Numbered from the stretch's first letter, positions 18,233 to 28,645 are shown. The stretch: 64,000 nt of DNA from Deltaproteobacteria bacterium (GCA_038150265.1 JAYOTF010000006.1:6909-70908); one strand, 5' to 3'. Notes: generated by a model not told the origin, from the letters alone. A program made the numbers and translations.

Positions 18233-19054
18233 TTACAGAGAAGCATTCCGGAGGTCGGCATCAAGGATCCAGCTCTCTTCGGGGTTGATCGTCTCTGGAA
18301 TGCCCCAGTGGGGCTTGAGGTGTGCCGCAGCAGCCTGAACGGCACAGAGGACGGCATCCAGCACATCTCCGGAGCCATCTTCAAGAGCATGGGCGGTGAG
18401 GGAAGCGGAAAGCCGGGTTTCCGGATGTCCGGGAAGCGGAGCATGCTCCAGAAGGGTCAGCAGCTCCTGGCGGGCCTCGGCTTCTCCGGTGTTCCAACGG
18501 GAAGCGGGCTCCGACTTGTACTTGCGCCGCCCAAGGTGCAGGCGGGCGACGAGGCCCGGGTATCCTTCCAGCAACGTGCGGTCGGCGACCTGTGGCCGGC
18601 AAGGCGGAAGGTTGAGGGGGCTGGCCAGCAGGCGAGTGGCGCCGGCAAAGAACATCTTGGCGGTGGGAACGTGGTACAGCTTGAGCGGACTCAGGGCTCC
18701 GGCCAGTACGTCCACGGTCCGCTTGGGCTCCTTGTGTCCCGGTTCGGCCTGAAGGCGGTGCTGCTCCAAAAGGTCAAGGAAGGCCTCCCGACCCATGTGG
18801 GCGACCGTGGTCACGTAACCTTCCCAGCGCCGGGACCAGCCTTGGGCGGCAACAAAGGCTTCAGGCAGCGCAAACGGAAAATCCGCGGCCCCCGTCCAGC
18901 GTCCTTCCCGGAGGAACGCCTCCCAGGGCTTCCACTCCCGGAAAAAGTGAACCTCGTCCAGCTGCAGTCCCTCTGCCGAGAGCCAGCCGCAGACGGCGAC
19001 AAGGGCCTTGCGCGCAGAGGGGGCACTCGTGAAGTCGATGCCCACGATCTTCAC
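18233..19054 (-). CDS. DUF429-like protein (RNase H-like fold, predicted nuclease)
   Basis: N-terminal IVGIDFTSAP, ADFPF, LEGYP, DVLDAVLCAVQA, E.WI. Confidence 0.7.
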   Translation of the reverse strand: MKIVGIDFTSAPSARKALVAVCGWLSAEGLQLDEVHFFREWKPWEAFLREGRWTGAADFPFALPEAFVAAQGWSRRWEGYVTTVAHMGREAFLDLLEQHRLQAEPGHKEPKRTVDVLAGALSPLKLYHVPTAKMFFAGATRLLASPLNLPPCRPQVADRTLLEGYPGLVARLHLGRRKYKSEPASRWNTGEAEARQELLTLLEHAPLPGHPETRLSASLTAHALEDGSGDVLDAVLCAVQAAAAHLKPHWGIPETINPEESWILDADLRNASL

Positions 19055-19491
19055 GGGCGGTCCATGAGGACGGTGTACAGCATGGAGAGCACAACTCCTC
19101 CCCTAAGGGTCCAGGCGAGGGTGCGGATCCAGTTGGTCGAGACCAGGGTGGTGTAGGCGGTTTCGTCAAACGCCGTGGCGAGGATGCCGTGTTGTGGAAC
19201 CTGCAGCAGCGCGGTGGAGCCCCAAATGATGCCGAGCAGGAGCATTCCCGACCAGGTTTGCCACGCGCTCACCCCTTCCGGAGGGGAGCCGAGCAGCCAC
19301 GCAGCGGTCAACAGCTCAATCAGCATGGCCGGGCCGACCACGAGTGTGGTCAGGTGGGTGTGGTCGAGTTCGTAACGCGAGAAGGCTTCGGAGCCAACCC
19401 GGTCGTAGAGGGGGTAGTGGACCACCTGGACGAACCAGATGAGTCCGGTCATGAACCAGGTGGACGCCACCTGTAGCAGTAGAATCAGCAT
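19051..19491 (-). CDS. conserved membrane hypothetical protein
   Basis: About four hydrophobic segments; GLIWFVQVVHYP and NWIRTLAW motifs; overlaps the start of the next gene. Confidence 0.75.
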   Translation of the reverse strand: MLILLLQVASTWFMTGLIWFVQVVHYPLYDRVGSEAFSRYELDHTHLTTLVVGPAMLIELLTAAWLLGSPPEGVSAWQTWSGMLLLGIIWGSTALLQVPQHGILATAFDETAYTTLVSTNWIRTLAWTLRGGVVLSMLYTVLMDRP

Positions 19492-19692
19492 GTCGCGGGC
19501 AGACAGTAGAGGTCAGGGGGCCAAATGAGGTTGCACCAACCCAAGCGCTCCGGCTCCTCAGCAAAAGGGGAGACGCCGAGCGGAGCAACGCGACCCTCTC
19601 TACGAGCTTGCCTCGGCATGCTTGGTCTTGCAAGCCTAAGGGGGAGGCGGTAGTCTCTACGTTTTGTCATCAACCCTGGTATTGAATCGATA

Positions 19693-20892
19693 ATGCCCGA
19701 ACCGCCTTCTTCAGAGAATCCTTCCCCTTCCAACCCGCTGCAGCTGTCTTCAGAGGCGGAGCAGGCCTACCTGGAGGCGGTTTCGTTTTCCAGACAAAAG
19801 GAAGGCCCGAACTACAAGCGCATGGACGACTCCAAGCGTTTCGGTTTGTTTGTGAAGCCCGGAGAGGTGCCGGAGCGCAAGAGCAGTGCCTCCTCAGGTG
19901 TGCCTCCGGAGCCTCTGGAAGAAGAGCCCTTTGAAGAAACGGAGGCCATCCGCTCACGTGCCGAGGCCGCAGCAGACTCCACGCTGCGGGCGCTCGAAGA
20001 AGAAGAAGAGCTGAGCCGCCGGCAGGAAGAAGACCTGGCGCGCCTCTCGGCGGAGATTGATGAAGTGGAGAAGGTCCTCAAGAAGCAGACTCCGGAAGAG
20101 GCGGCTGAGGCGGCTCGACTTGAGTCAGCGGCTCCGGAAGAGTCGGTTCCAGTGTCCGAAGCACCGGCGGAACCGGCTGAAGAGGAGGAGCCGCTTGGAG
20201 CAAGGCGCCTTTCAGAGGTCCCTGCCGAGCCACTGGAGGAACTGGCTCCTCTGGAAGAGCCCCTTCCTCAGGGGCGTACGCTGGAGGAAGTGGAGCGGGA
20301 GCTGGCGGAGCATCCGGAACAATCCGGGCTGACCTTCATGGAAAAGACCGCGATCTTCCTGATTTTGGGAACCCTGGTGGGCGCAACGATTTTGGTGGTG
20401 GGCGGGTACCTCCAGGTCTTTGACCGCAGTGTGGTCTTCCAACTGATCCGAGGGCAGGTGCATCAGCTTGAGTTTGTTGCGCCACCTCAGTCCCGTCAGG
20501 TCCGCAACGCCTACAACCGCCTTCCGCTGGTGGTGGTGGAAGGCTCCGTCCGGAACCTGTTTGGAGACGCGGATCAGGTGGGCAAGGTGCGGCTGAAGGC
20601 GCTCGCGCTGGATGCCGACGGCAAACTGCTGGAAAGTCGGATTGTTTTTGCCGGGTCTGTGCTGACAAAGGAGGAGTTGGAGGGCTGGAGCCCCACCCAG
20701 ATTCAGCAGGTGCAGGAGGTGCCGGAGGGACGTTCCGGGGCGAACCAGCAGCTGGCAGGGAATGCGGAGGTGCCCTTCCAGGCAATCTTCTTTGAGGCCG
20801 GCAATGATCTGGGCGAGACCGTTGTCCAGCTGATCAGCTATGAGCGGCAGGGAGAGGTCGTGTACGTCCGTGCCCCAGAGCTAGCGCAGTAG
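19693..20892 (+). CDS. DUF3426-like bitopic membrane protein with acidic N-terminal region
   Basis: Glu/Pro-rich N-terminus, one TM helix, then LVVVEGSVRN...LALDADGKLL...VPFQAIF. Confidence 0.65.
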   Translation: MPEPPSSENPSPSNPLQLSSEAEQAYLEAVSFSRQKEGPNYKRMDDSKRFGLFVKPGEVPERKSSASSGVPPEPLEEEPFEETEAIRSRAEAAADSTLRALEEEEELSRRQEEDLARLSAEIDEVEKVLKKQTPEEAAEAARLESAAPEESVPVSEAPAEPAEEEEPLGARRLSEVPAEPLEELAPLEEPLPQGRTLEEVERELAEHPEQSGLTFMEKTAIFLILGTLVGATILVVGGYLQVFDRSVVFQLIRGQVHQLEFVAPPQSRQVRNAYNRLPLVVVEGSVRNLFGDADQVGKVRLKALALDADGKLLESRIVFAGSVLTKEELEGWSPTQIQQVQEVPEGRSGANQQLAGNAEVPFQAIFFEAGNDLGETVVQLISYERQGEVVYVRAPELAQ

Positions 20893-22053
20893 CTGGTGCT
20901 TCAGCCACTGAGCCACTGGGTCGCGCATCTGCCACGCGGCGAGGGAGGGGAGGAGGTCAAAGGCATGCTGGAGGCCTGGGGCATACAGCTCCGTGGCTTC
21001 TCCTCCTTGCCTCCGGAGTGCTTGGGCAAAGGCTCGGGACTCTCGCCATGGCACCAGGGTGTCTCGCAGGCCATGGATCAGCAAAAACGGAACAGGCTGG
21101 GCCGGGACCTGATGAAGAGGAGACGCCTCCTTCTGTGCTTCCGGATCGGACTCGCGGTGAAGCGGCAACACCTGGCGCAACAGCTCCTGAGCAGCCGGGT
21201 AGGGGCTGACCGTGTCGAAAGGCGCTCGGAAGTCATAGAATCCGTAATACCCCACACACCCCTTGAGTAACAGCCCCTGCTGAGGCGCGGCAAATGCCGC
21301 CAGACTGGCCAAGTGGGCTCCTGCAGAACTCCCTGACAAGAAAAACTGCTGCGGCTGAAGCGAGTAGGCTTCGGCGTGTTCCTGCAGAAAGCGCGCAGCC
21401 GACAAGACGTCTTCCAGGGCTGCAGGGTACCGATGCTCCGGACAGAGCCGGTAGGTCATCGTGGCACAGGCCCAGCCGTGTTGCACCAGGTAGTGGATGA
21501 GTGGAAGCCCCTGGTTGTTGGTCCCCACGTGCCAACCGCCTCCGTGCACATGCAGGAGCAGCGGAAGGGCGGCTGGAGGCATGGGGTCCGGAAGGTACAG
21601 GTCCAGAAGGCGGGCGTCCGTCTGTTCGGTGCAGTAGTGGAGTCCGGGAATCCGTTTCACTCCGGGAGGACACGCTTTCGGGAGCCAGATCGTGGGCCAC
21701 CAGTCAGAGGCCGTGGTGGGCTGGAACGGAAACGGGGCGTTGCTGTCGATCTGCAGGCCCTGAGGAAGCTGCTGGTGCCGACTCCAGCGTCGGAGCAGCA
21801 CGGCGCCACAGAGTCCATGAACCAAGAGGAGCGCGAGAACCCAGGCAGACGACGGGGTGATCGTCAGGAGCAGGCTCAGCATGCCAGCGTTCAGGACCAG
21901 CCACTGTGGTGCCAAATCGCCAAAGAGCCAGGACGCGCCAAAGCTGAGCACGTGCCCAGTGGGGGAGCTTTGCGAATGAGAGAGGGGGTAAAAGGTATTG
22001 AGGGTGAGGAGGGCGAAGAGGGCAGTCCAGAAGATCCACAAGAACTCGAGCAT
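20881..22053 (-). CDS. membrane-anchored alpha/beta hydrolase (HSL-type esterase)
   Basis: HVHGGGW oxyanion motif, GSSAG nucleophile, HGLRDTLVP, QHAFD; N-terminal TM helices. Confidence 0.88.
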   Translation of the reverse strand: MLEFLWIFWTALFALLTLNTFYPLSHSQSSPTGHVLSFGASWLFGDLAPQWLVLNAGMLSLLLTITPSSAWVLALLLVHGLCGAVLLRRWSRHQQLPQGLQIDSNAPFPFQPTTASDWWPTIWLPKACPPGVKRIPGLHYCTEQTDARLLDLYLPDPMPPAALPLLLHVHGGGWHVGTNNQGLPLIHYLVQHGWACATMTYRLCPEHRYPAALEDVLSAARFLQEHAEAYSLQPQQFFLSGSSAGAHLASLAAFAAPQQGLLLKGCVGYYGFYDFRAPFDTVSPYPAAQELLRQVLPLHRESDPEAQKEASPLHQVPAQPVPFLLIHGLRDTLVPWRESRAFAQALRRQGGEATELYAPGLQHAFDLLPSLAAWQMRDPVAQWLKHQLLR

Positions 22054-22082
22054 GGGAACCTTCTGGACGAGAGGTGGACGCC

Positions 22083-22478
22083 TCAGCGCTTGGAGTACTG
22101 GTAGCGCTTGCGTGCCCCTGGGCGGCCGTACTTCTTCCGTTCCACCTTGCGGGGGTCACGGGTCAGCATGCCTGCTTTTTTCAGGGTGGGGCGGACGTCA
22201 TCGCCGGTCACAAGCAGGGCTCGGGAGATGCCGTGTCGCACAGCGCCGGCTTGTCCGGAGAGTCCTCCTCCACGGACGTTGACCAGCACATCGTACTGCT
22301 CCAGGGCTTCGGTCATTTCGAGCGGCTGACGAACGATCATCTTGAGCGTCTCACGTCCGAAGTACTCGTCAATGGGGCGCTTGTTGACAATGATGTTTCC
22401 CGTTCCCGGGCGGAGGTAAACGCGAGCCACCGAGGTCTTGCGGCGTCCGGTTCCGTAGTATTGAACAGTCGTGGTCAT
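22083..22478 (-). CDS. rpsI: 30S ribosomal protein S9
   Basis: [32 protein letters not shown]-terminal QYSKR. Confidence 0.99.
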   Translation of the reverse strand: MTTTVQYYGTGRRKTSVARVYLRPGTGNIIVNKRPIDEYFGRETLKMIVRQPLEMTEALEQYDVLVNVRGGGLSGQAGAVRHGISRALLVTGDDVRPTLKKAGMLTRDPRKVERKKYGRPGARKRYQYSKR

Positions 22479-22495
22479 GGACTTCCTGAGCAGAA

Positions 22496-22942
22496 TCAGA
22501 TCGAGAGGGTTTTAGGTTGCTGAGCGGTATGCGGATGCTCGGCACCCGTGTAAACCTTCAAGCGACGCAGGTAGTGGCGGTTGAGCGCATTCTTGGCGAG
22601 CATGCCCTTGACGGCCCGGGTGATGAGGGCTTCAGGCTTGCGTTCTCGCATTTCAGAGAGCCGGAAGGACTTCAGGCCACCCGGATATCCGGTGTGGTGA
22701 TAGTACATCTTCTGCTCTTCCTTGCGTCCTGTCACTCGGATCTTGTCCGCATTGACCACCACCACGAAGTCACCCAGATCGGTGTGAGCCGCGTAGATGG
22801 GCTTGTGCTTTCCGCGCAGCAGCATCGCAATCTTGGTGGCCAAGCGCCCCAAGGTCTGTCCTTCCGCATCGACGACCCACCAGTCACGGGGATAAGTGCC
22901 GTTATCGACGTCTTCTTGTCGGATAAATGGTGTCTTGTTCAT
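22496..22942 (-). CDS. rplM: 50S ribosomal protein L13
   Basis: [42 protein letters not shown]. Confidence 0.99.
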   Translation of the reverse strand: MNKTPFIRQEDVDNGTYPRDWWVVDAEGQTLGRLATKIAMLLRGKHKPIYAAHTDLGDFVVVVNADKIRVTGRKEEQKMYYHHTGYPGGLKSFRLSEMRERKPEALITRAVKGMLAKNALNRHYLRRLKVYTGAEHPHTAQQPKTLSI

Positions 22943-22998
22943 GGTACTTCCAAAAAATCCCGATATGCCCGGCAGTGGGCGGATTTGCCAAACCGCTA

Positions 22999-23027
22999 AA
23001 TATAGAGAGAATCAGCTGCGAAGGCAA
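22999..23027 (-). promoter_or_regulatory. putative sigma70 promoter of rplM-rpsI
   Basis: TTGCCT-17 nt-TATATT on the minus strand. Confidence 0.6.
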
Positions 23028-23032
23028 GCAAA

Positions 23033-24454
23033 TTATTTTTGCTCATACATGGAGGAGGCGCCGATGACGCAGTTGCGGCCCTGCTCCTTTCCGACGTAGA
23101 GGCACTCGTCCGCTTTCTTCAGCAGCAGCTCCAGCGTGTCCGCGTCATCCGGATACGTTGCAACGCCGAAGGTAGCCGTCAGGTTACCCGTCGGTTGGTT
23201 TTCCTGATAGGGCACATATTCCTCTTCCACAGCCTTCCGGAGCTTTTCTCCAATCTTGAGAGCGTTCTCCTTGTTGCAGTTCGGGAGGATCATCACAAAT
23301 TCTTCTCCACCGAATCGTGCTGCCAGGTCGCCTCGGCGGACCCGGTTCTTGAAGACAGCGGCGACGGTTGCCAACACGACGTCCCCCATTTGGTGGCCGT
23401 TGGTATCGTTGTAGTGCTTGAAGTTGTCGACGTCAGAGATGATCAGGGAGAAGGGCTTGCGCTCTTCCGGATAGAGCGTGACCAGGGCTTCCATGAATTC
23501 GTCGAGGCGCCGGCGGTTTGCCATGCCCGTGAGGCGGTCGGTGTCTGCGGCTTCTTCCACCTGCTGCAGCTCCTGCTGGCGGTAGTAGCTCAGCTTGAGT
23601 TGCGACAGGGCGTGCTCCAGATCAAAATCCGGACACGGCAACGGCAGGAAGTCGGAGGCGCCCATCTTCTGCAACTCCCGACGGTTGGCTTCGTCGGCAC
23701 AGTAGGGGCTGACCACGAGGATGGGGCACATGTGCAAGGCACAGCTGTCCATGACCTGTGGCAGCGTGGGGCTGGTGTCAGAAGAGGCCACCGGGTTGGT
23801 GAGGATGACGTCGTAGCGCTGCCGGAGCGGATCGATGACAAATTCTTCCAGCGAAGGAAGCTCGACGGCCTGAGCCTTGTCCCACTTTTCTGCAACCAGT
23901 TGGGCCACCCGTGCCCGCTCATCCGGGTTCTCAACGAGCAGGGCCACGGTGGGAACAACGTCGGTGCGCGGACGGTTGCTCTTGCCAAGAAGGGACTGAG
24001 CGGCCGTGATCCGGAGCTTCTCCGAGAGGATGTGGCTGAAAATGAGGTAGAGGATGGAGACTTCAGACCGATCATCCTCTTCCTTGAAGAGGTGCTCCGG
24101 AAAGATGACCACGCGACTCTGAGACTCGGCAACCACGTCGAAGGCGTGTCCCGCCCGTGTAATCACAGACATTTCTCCAACGACGTCTCCAGGAAACTCC
24201 AGACGCATCAGAAAATTTCCCTGAGACATGACGACCAGGGAGCCTTCCAGCAAAACAGCGAGCTGGGGCGGTTGGTCCTCTCCTTCCTTGAGGAGGTACT
24301 CGTCGGCATTCAACTCCACCAACTCTCCCTGACGGAGCATCTCAAGGAGGACGTCTCGCTTGAGGCGCCGAAAGTAGCGTCCGGAATGGATGGAATCAGC
24401 AAACTGATCAATTTCTAAATGGTCCTTGCGGACTGAAAGCTCGGTGCGTCGCAT
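23033..24454 (-). CDS. cNMP-binding-like + receiver-like + GGDEF diguanylate cyclase
   Basis: cNMP fold (LLEG...GDVVGEMS); degenerate REC; TDRLTGMANRR, DVDNFKHYND..GHQMGD, RRGD I-site, RFGGEEF. Confidence 0.9.
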   Translation of the reverse strand: MRRTELSVRKDHLEIDQFADSIHSGRYFRRLKRDVLLEMLRQGELVELNADEYLLKEGEDQPPQLAVLLEGSLVVMSQGNFLMRLEFPGDVVGEMSVITRAGHAFDVVAESQSRVVIFPEHLFKEEDDRSEVSILYLIFSHILSEKLRITAAQSLLGKSNRPRTDVVPTVALLVENPDERARVAQLVAEKWDKAQAVELPSLEEFVIDPLRQRYDVILTNPVASSDTSPTLPQVMDSCALHMCPILVVSPYCADEANRRELQKMGASDFLPLPCPDFDLEHALSQLKLSYYRQQELQQVEEAADTDRLTGMANRRRLDEFMEALVTLYPEERKPFSLIISDVDNFKHYNDTNGHQMGDVVLATVAAVFKNRVRRGDLAARFGGEEFVMILPNCNKENALKIGEKLRKAVEEEYVPYQENQPTGNLTATFGVATYPDDADTLELLLKKADECLYVGKEQGRNCVIGASSMYEQK

Positions 24455-24460
24455 GGGTGC

Positions 24461-24488
24461 TTGACATTGCGAGTTCCGGGACTAGCCT
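24461..24488 (+). promoter_or_regulatory. putative sigma70 promoter of the prsW-like gene
   Basis: TTGACA-16 nt-TAGCCT in the divergent spacer. Confidence 0.45.
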
Positions 24489-24575
24489 GAGTGACGTCCC
24501 ATGTGTACAAAAACACTGGCAAATAGTATCGCACTATGCCACGAAGCCAGCACAATCGCAACACCCGCGTCGACT

Positions 24576-25325
24576 ATGTGGATTCCCTTAGCGTCTATGG
24601 CCTTTGCCCCTGCCATTTTGTGGGGTTGGGCCTTTTACAACTCCAGTCGGTACCGACGGAACAACCTGAAGCTCCTCCTGATCATCTACCTGGGTGGCAT
24701 GGCCTGCGGGATGATTGCGCTGCTCCTCAATCACATGGTGGAGAAGTTCACGATCTTCTGGCCCGGGGCTCCGGAGACGTGGTGGCTGGAAGGCGCCGTG
24801 CAGCTGCCGCTCGCAAGTTCCGGATTCTGGATCATGGTGGGGGTCAATGAGGAGTTTGCCAAACTGATCATCCTCCTGATGGTGGTGTTTGGGTTGCGGG
24901 AACGGCGAGACCCCTTTGACGGGATGCTGTTTGCTGCAGTGATTGCCCTTGGGTTTGCCACCATTGAGAACCTGTTCTACCTCGAACAGTATGGCCCAGG
25001 TGTGCTGGTCACGCGTTCAGCCGTGACGGTTCCCGCCCACGCGTTCATGAGTGCGCCAATGGGATACGTGGTGGTGAAGGCCCGGAACCTGTTGGACGAT
25101 GAGCCGGAACACACCAGGGTCAGCCATCGGGCGATGCTGACCATTTTGGCCGGTTGGTTGGTGTCGGTGGGGCTGCATGGCGCCTACGACCTGTGGCTGT
25201 CGCTGGGCTACACGTGGGGCGGTTACGGGCAGATTGTCCTGATGGGCCTGCTGTCTGTGTGGCTGGGACGCAAGGCCGTCAGGGAGTCGGTGCTGCGTCC
25301 GGTCGTCAGCGAACCGCGAGCTTGA
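24576..25325 (+). CDS. prsW: PrsW-family intramembrane metalloprotease
   Basis: NEEFAK, GFATIENLFY, PAHAFMS, LHGAYD; multiple TM helices; start uncertain (24501 or 24576). Confidence 0.85.
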   Translation: MWIPLASMAFAPAILWGWAFYNSSRYRRNNLKLLLIIYLGGMACGMIALLLNHMVEKFTIFWPGAPETWWLEGAVQLPLASSGFWIMVGVNEEFAKLIILLMVVFGLRERRDPFDGMLFAAVIALGFATIENLFYLEQYGPGVLVTRSAVTVPAHAFMSAPMGYVVVKARNLLDDEPEHTRVSHRAMLTILAGWLVSVGLHGAYDLWLSLGYTWGGYGQIVLMGLLSVWLGRKAVRESVLRPVVSEPRA

Positions 25326-25995
25326 CTTCGCTTACCATCTCAAAGGCCTGGGCACGGACCGTCCGTTGCTGGTGCAAGTGGGAGAAGTTCCGCATGAGGT
25401 GCTCCAGCGCTCGTTGGTAGAGGACCGGATCGTTTTGCGAAACCAGGGTTTCGTGCATCAGGGTCAGGAGCTGACTGGTGAGTTGCGGGTCATTGGAGGC
25501 GGCAATGTCGTTCCCAAGGTCGTCCACGCTCTGGAGGTTGACCTGCTCATTGCGCCGCTCAAAGCCCTTGGCAATGAGCTTCCGGAGCCACTCGATGCGC
25601 TCCACGCCAACGGCCTTCTCATACTCCTGCCGCAGCAATTCGTACTCGATCCGAATCCGGAGGTCTCGAGCATTTTCATAATCTGGGTGGTATTCCGGAA
25701 TCTTGGCAAGTTCGGTCAGGGCGCGCAGGTACTCGCCTTCTTCATACGCGTCGACGCCTTTCTGATACGGAACCCGCTGGATGGTCCGGACGGACTGAGC
25801 GTAGAGAGCGGAGTCGGCAGGGACCTCCCGGAGGAAGTCAACGGCTGTTTCGTAATCCTTGGCCTCGTAAGACTGCATCCCGCTTTCATAGTTCATCCGG
25901 GCCAACTCCGCCGGAGGAACCGAGTCCAGCCACCCGCAGGCGCTAACCGACCAGAGCAGCGCTGCCGCTACCCACCATGTCAAAGAATGCCTCAC
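25306..25995 (-). CDS. TPR-like lipoprotein
   Basis: Lipobox SVSA-C; helical repeats Y..G...YE..DY..A...L..VP..S..Y. Confidence 0.7.
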   Translation of the reverse strand: MRHSLTWWVAAALLWSVSACGWLDSVPPAELARMNYESGMQSYEAKDYETAVDFLREVPADSALYAQSVRTIQRVPYQKGVDAYEEGEYLRALTELAKIPEYHPDYENARDLRIRIEYELLRQEYEKAVGVERIEWLRKLIAKGFERRNEQVNLQSVDDLGNDIAASNDPQLTSQLLTLMHETLVSQNDPVLYQRALEHLMRNFSHLHQQRTVRAQAFEMVSEVKLAVR

Positions 25996-26561
25996 TTTGA
26001 TTCTCCAATCTCAGTTTCCAGGGAGGGGGCCATCTGTTTGGCACGCTGCCGCCGAACAACCGTCTGAACGGTGATGCCAATGGCCACCACGCTTCCGGCC
26101 AGCACCAGCAGCAGGGTGGGCCACGAAACGGCATCCTTGAGGACAACGAGAAAGACGACGGCAATCAAGATCAGTGACGGAACTTCGTTGAACAAGCGAA
26201 AGTGCTTCCCCGTCCAGTTGCAACGCCCCTCCGCGAGCAACCGACGCAGCTTCCCACAGCCCAGGTGGTAGGCAATTAAAGCGACCACAAACGCGAGCTT
26301 CGCGTGCATCCACCCGGACTGCAGCCACGGCAGGACCATGGACACCCCAAAAATCGTAGTGATGCACAGGCCAGGCCAGGTGATGGCGTAGTACAGGCGG
26401 CGCTCCATGAGCATCAGCTGGTCGATGAGGATCTGACGTTCCGGCTCCGGACGCAGCTCTGCTTCCTTATGGTAAACAAAGAGGCGCCCGAGGTAAAACA
26501 ATCCGGCAAACCAGACGACGACTCCGATGATGTGGAGGGCCTTGAAGTACAGCACGGTCAT
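25992..26561 (-). CDS. hemJ: protoporphyrinogen oxidase HemJ
   Basis: FKALHIIGVVVWFAGLFYLGRLFVYH, MERRLY, WMHAKL, FRLFNEVP. Confidence 0.93.
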   Translation of the reverse strand: MTVLYFKALHIIGVVVWFAGLFYLGRLFVYHKEAELRPEPERQILIDQLMLMERRLYYAITWPGLCITTIFGVSMVLPWLQSGWMHAKLAFVVALIAYHLGCGKLRRLLAEGRCNWTGKHFRLFNEVPSLILIAVVFLVVLKDAVSWPTLLLVLAGSVVAIGITVQTVVRRQRAKQMAPSLETEIGESK

Positions 26562-26568
26562 GTGGGCC

Positions 26569-28641
26569 TCATGCGGGTAGCACGAGTTCGCGTGGATCCA
26601 GGTACGCCTGCACCCACGCCGAGACCAACGCACAGAGCTTCAAGCGATTGGTCCGCTTCGCTTCCTCCGGATCCATCACCAGAACGGCGTCAAAGAATTC
26701 TGTGATCGGTGCTTCCAGGCGGAGGAGCTGGGCAAGGAAGACCTCCGGAGTTTCACGAGCAGAAGGCAACTCCCGAACCGCTTCGTGGAACGCCTGCTCC
26801 GCCGACTCGAAGGCGTCCGGACGCAGTTGAGCGTCTTCCGGAAGTGGGTTCTTCGCCGCGATGTTCTGGCACCGCCCAATGGCTTCCATCGCTTTTTTGA
26901 AGGGCTGAGACTCCAGGTGGGGCGCCAGCCCCTGAGCAAGGTCCAGCGCTTCCAACGGAGTTGCCGGTGCGGCAAGGACACTCGCCGTGACGTCGTGGCG
27001 GATGGCCTGCTCCTGGAAGTACCAACGGAGCCGCTGTGCGAGGAACGCCTGCAGTTCTTCAAGCAGCCTGGGCCGGTCGAGCCCGAGCTGTTGCTGCTCG
27101 TCCAGCGTCCGGATGGCCGCCTCGAGCAGCGGAGTCAGCGGCAGGTTGATCCTCAACCCCAGCAGCAGCTGCACCACCCCCTGAGCTGCTCGACGCAGCG
27201 CATACGGGTCAGCTGAGCCGGTGGGAATCATCCCCAGCGAAAACGCGACGGCAAGCTGGTCCAGGCGGTCGGCCAGCGCCACCGGAAGCGTTGCCGCGTG
27301 CTCCGGAAGCGCATCTTCGGCGTTGCGCGGGAAGTAGTGCTCGCGGATGCCCTGACAGACAACCGGATCTTCCCCCAGCAGCCGAGCATAGTCTTCTCCC
27401 ATGTAGCCCTGAAGCTCGGGGAATTCATAGACCATCTGGGTAAAGAGGTCAAACTTGCACAGCTCGGCAATGCGCTGCGTCTGCGCCGCCTGTTCCGGAG
27501 GGGCTTCCAGCAATTCGGAAATCGAAGCGCTCAGGGCCTGGAGGCGGGCGACCCGTTGCCCCTGAGTGCCTCGTTTCTGGAAAAAGACTCCCTGGTCGGC
27601 CTTGGTGGCAAAGTACGCAAAGTCTCGCTTGCGGTCTTCCAGGTAGAAGAAACGAGCGTCGCTGAGTCGGGCCCGGAGCACCTTCTCGTTGCCGTGCCGG
27701 ACGGTCTCCAGGGCGCGGGTGTCTCCGTTGCGGACCGTGACAAAGTGGGCCAGCAGCCGCTCCTCTGCGGCATCATACACCGGAAAGTAGCGCTGGTGGG
27801 TGGCCATTGAGGTGACGAGCACCTCTGCGGGCACCTCCAGGAATTCGGACTCAAAGTTGCCCACGAGGGCTGTGGGCCATTCCACAAGGTTGGTGACCTC
27901 TTCCAGCAGGTCGGCTTCCAGACGGACCCGAAAGCCGTGCTGCGCCTCAAGGGCCCGGATCTGTTCGGTGATGGTGGCCTGGCGTTTCTCGAAGTTGGCC
28001 ATGACAAACTGCTGCTCCAGCACCGCCTCATAATCCTGGGCGGTGGAGACCACCACTTCGCGGGCGCCCAGGAAGCGATGTCCGCGAGTGGTGCTTCCGG
28101 CGCTGACCATCTCCAGCTCAATCGGAATGACCTCCTGGTTCCACAGAGAGAGCAACCAGCGGATGGGGCGGATGAGGCGCATCCGGTAGTGGCCCCAGCG
28201 CATGTTCTTGGGGAAGCTCAGGTTGTGAATCCACTGGGCCACAGATTCCTGCAGCAGCTCCGGCACCGGGCGTCCGGACTCTTCACGGACGACGAAGACG
28301 TAGTCCTTGCCTTCCACTTCCCGGACTTCGAGCTGGTCGGGCGTGGCGCGGTTCTTTTTGGCAAAGCCGATCGCCGCCTTGCTCCAATCCCCCTCCGGAG
28401 TCCGGGCAATGTTGGCAGGCGGCCCCTTGACCTCAAGGGTGCGGTCGGGCTGCTGGTCCGGAAGTCCGGTGACCTCAAGGGCCAGTCGCCGGGGCGTGGA
28501 AAAGGTCCGCAGGGGGGCCTCCGGAAGCCCGTGCTGCTTCAGGAAGTTCCGGGCCGCCTGCTCAAGCTGGGCCGTTGCCGGCAGAATCATCTGGGCGGGA
28601 ACCTCTTCCAGCCCAATTTCCAAGAGATAGGTATTGTTCAT
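26569..28641 (-). CDS. glyS: glycyl-tRNA synthetase beta subunit
   Basis: LLEIGLEEVP, TPRRLA, FPKNMRWG, GNEKVLRARLSDA, EFPELQG, PTGSADPYALRR. Confidence 0.97.
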   Translation of the reverse strand: MNNTYLLEIGLEEVPAQMILPATAQLEQAARNFLKQHGLPEAPLRTFSTPRRLALEVTGLPDQQPDRTLEVKGPPANIARTPEGDWSKAAIGFAKKNRATPDQLEVREVEGKDYVFVVREESGRPVPELLQESVAQWIHNLSFPKNMRWGHYRMRLIRPIRWLLSLWNQEVIPIELEMVSAGSTTRGHRFLGAREVVVSTAQDYEAVLEQQFVMANFEKRQATITEQIRALEAQHGFRVRLEADLLEEVTNLVEWPTALVGNFESEFLEVPAEVLVTSMATHQRYFPVYDAAEERLLAHFVTVRNGDTRALETVRHGNEKVLRARLSDARFFYLEDRKRDFAYFATKADQGVFFQKRGTQGQRVARLQALSASISELLEAPPEQAAQTQRIAELCKFDLFTQMVYEFPELQGYMGEDYARLLGEDPVVCQGIREHYFPRNAEDALPEHAATLPVALADRLDQLAVAFSLGMIPTGSADPYALRRAAQGVVQLLLGLRINLPLTPLLEAAIRTLDEQQQLGLDRPRLLEELQAFLAQRLRWYFQEQAIRHDVTASVLAAPATPLEALDLAQGLAPHLESQPFKKAMEAIGRCQNIAAKNPLPEDAQLRPDAFESAEQAFHEAVRELPSARETPEVFLAQLLRLEAPITEFFDAVLVMDPEEAKRTNRLKLCALVSAWVQAYLDPRELVLPA

Positions 28642-28645
28642 CAAA

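Noticed and set aside
18233..19491. DUF429 plus membrane gene as a defence or toxin-antitoxin pair
   Set aside because: Only the gene overlap supports it; no defence-island context or recognisable TA motifs
19492..19692. Structured RNA or tRNA in larger spacers (also 16844-17019, 33638-33846, 56765-56893)
   Set aside because: Only generic short hairpins; no cloverleaf or T-loop, SRP, tmRNA or riboswitch consensus that I can recognise
23033..23560. Possible Hypr (cGAMP-forming) GGDEF
   Set aside because: The specificity position reads GHQMGD, with Asp as in standard c-di-GMP cyclases rather than Ser
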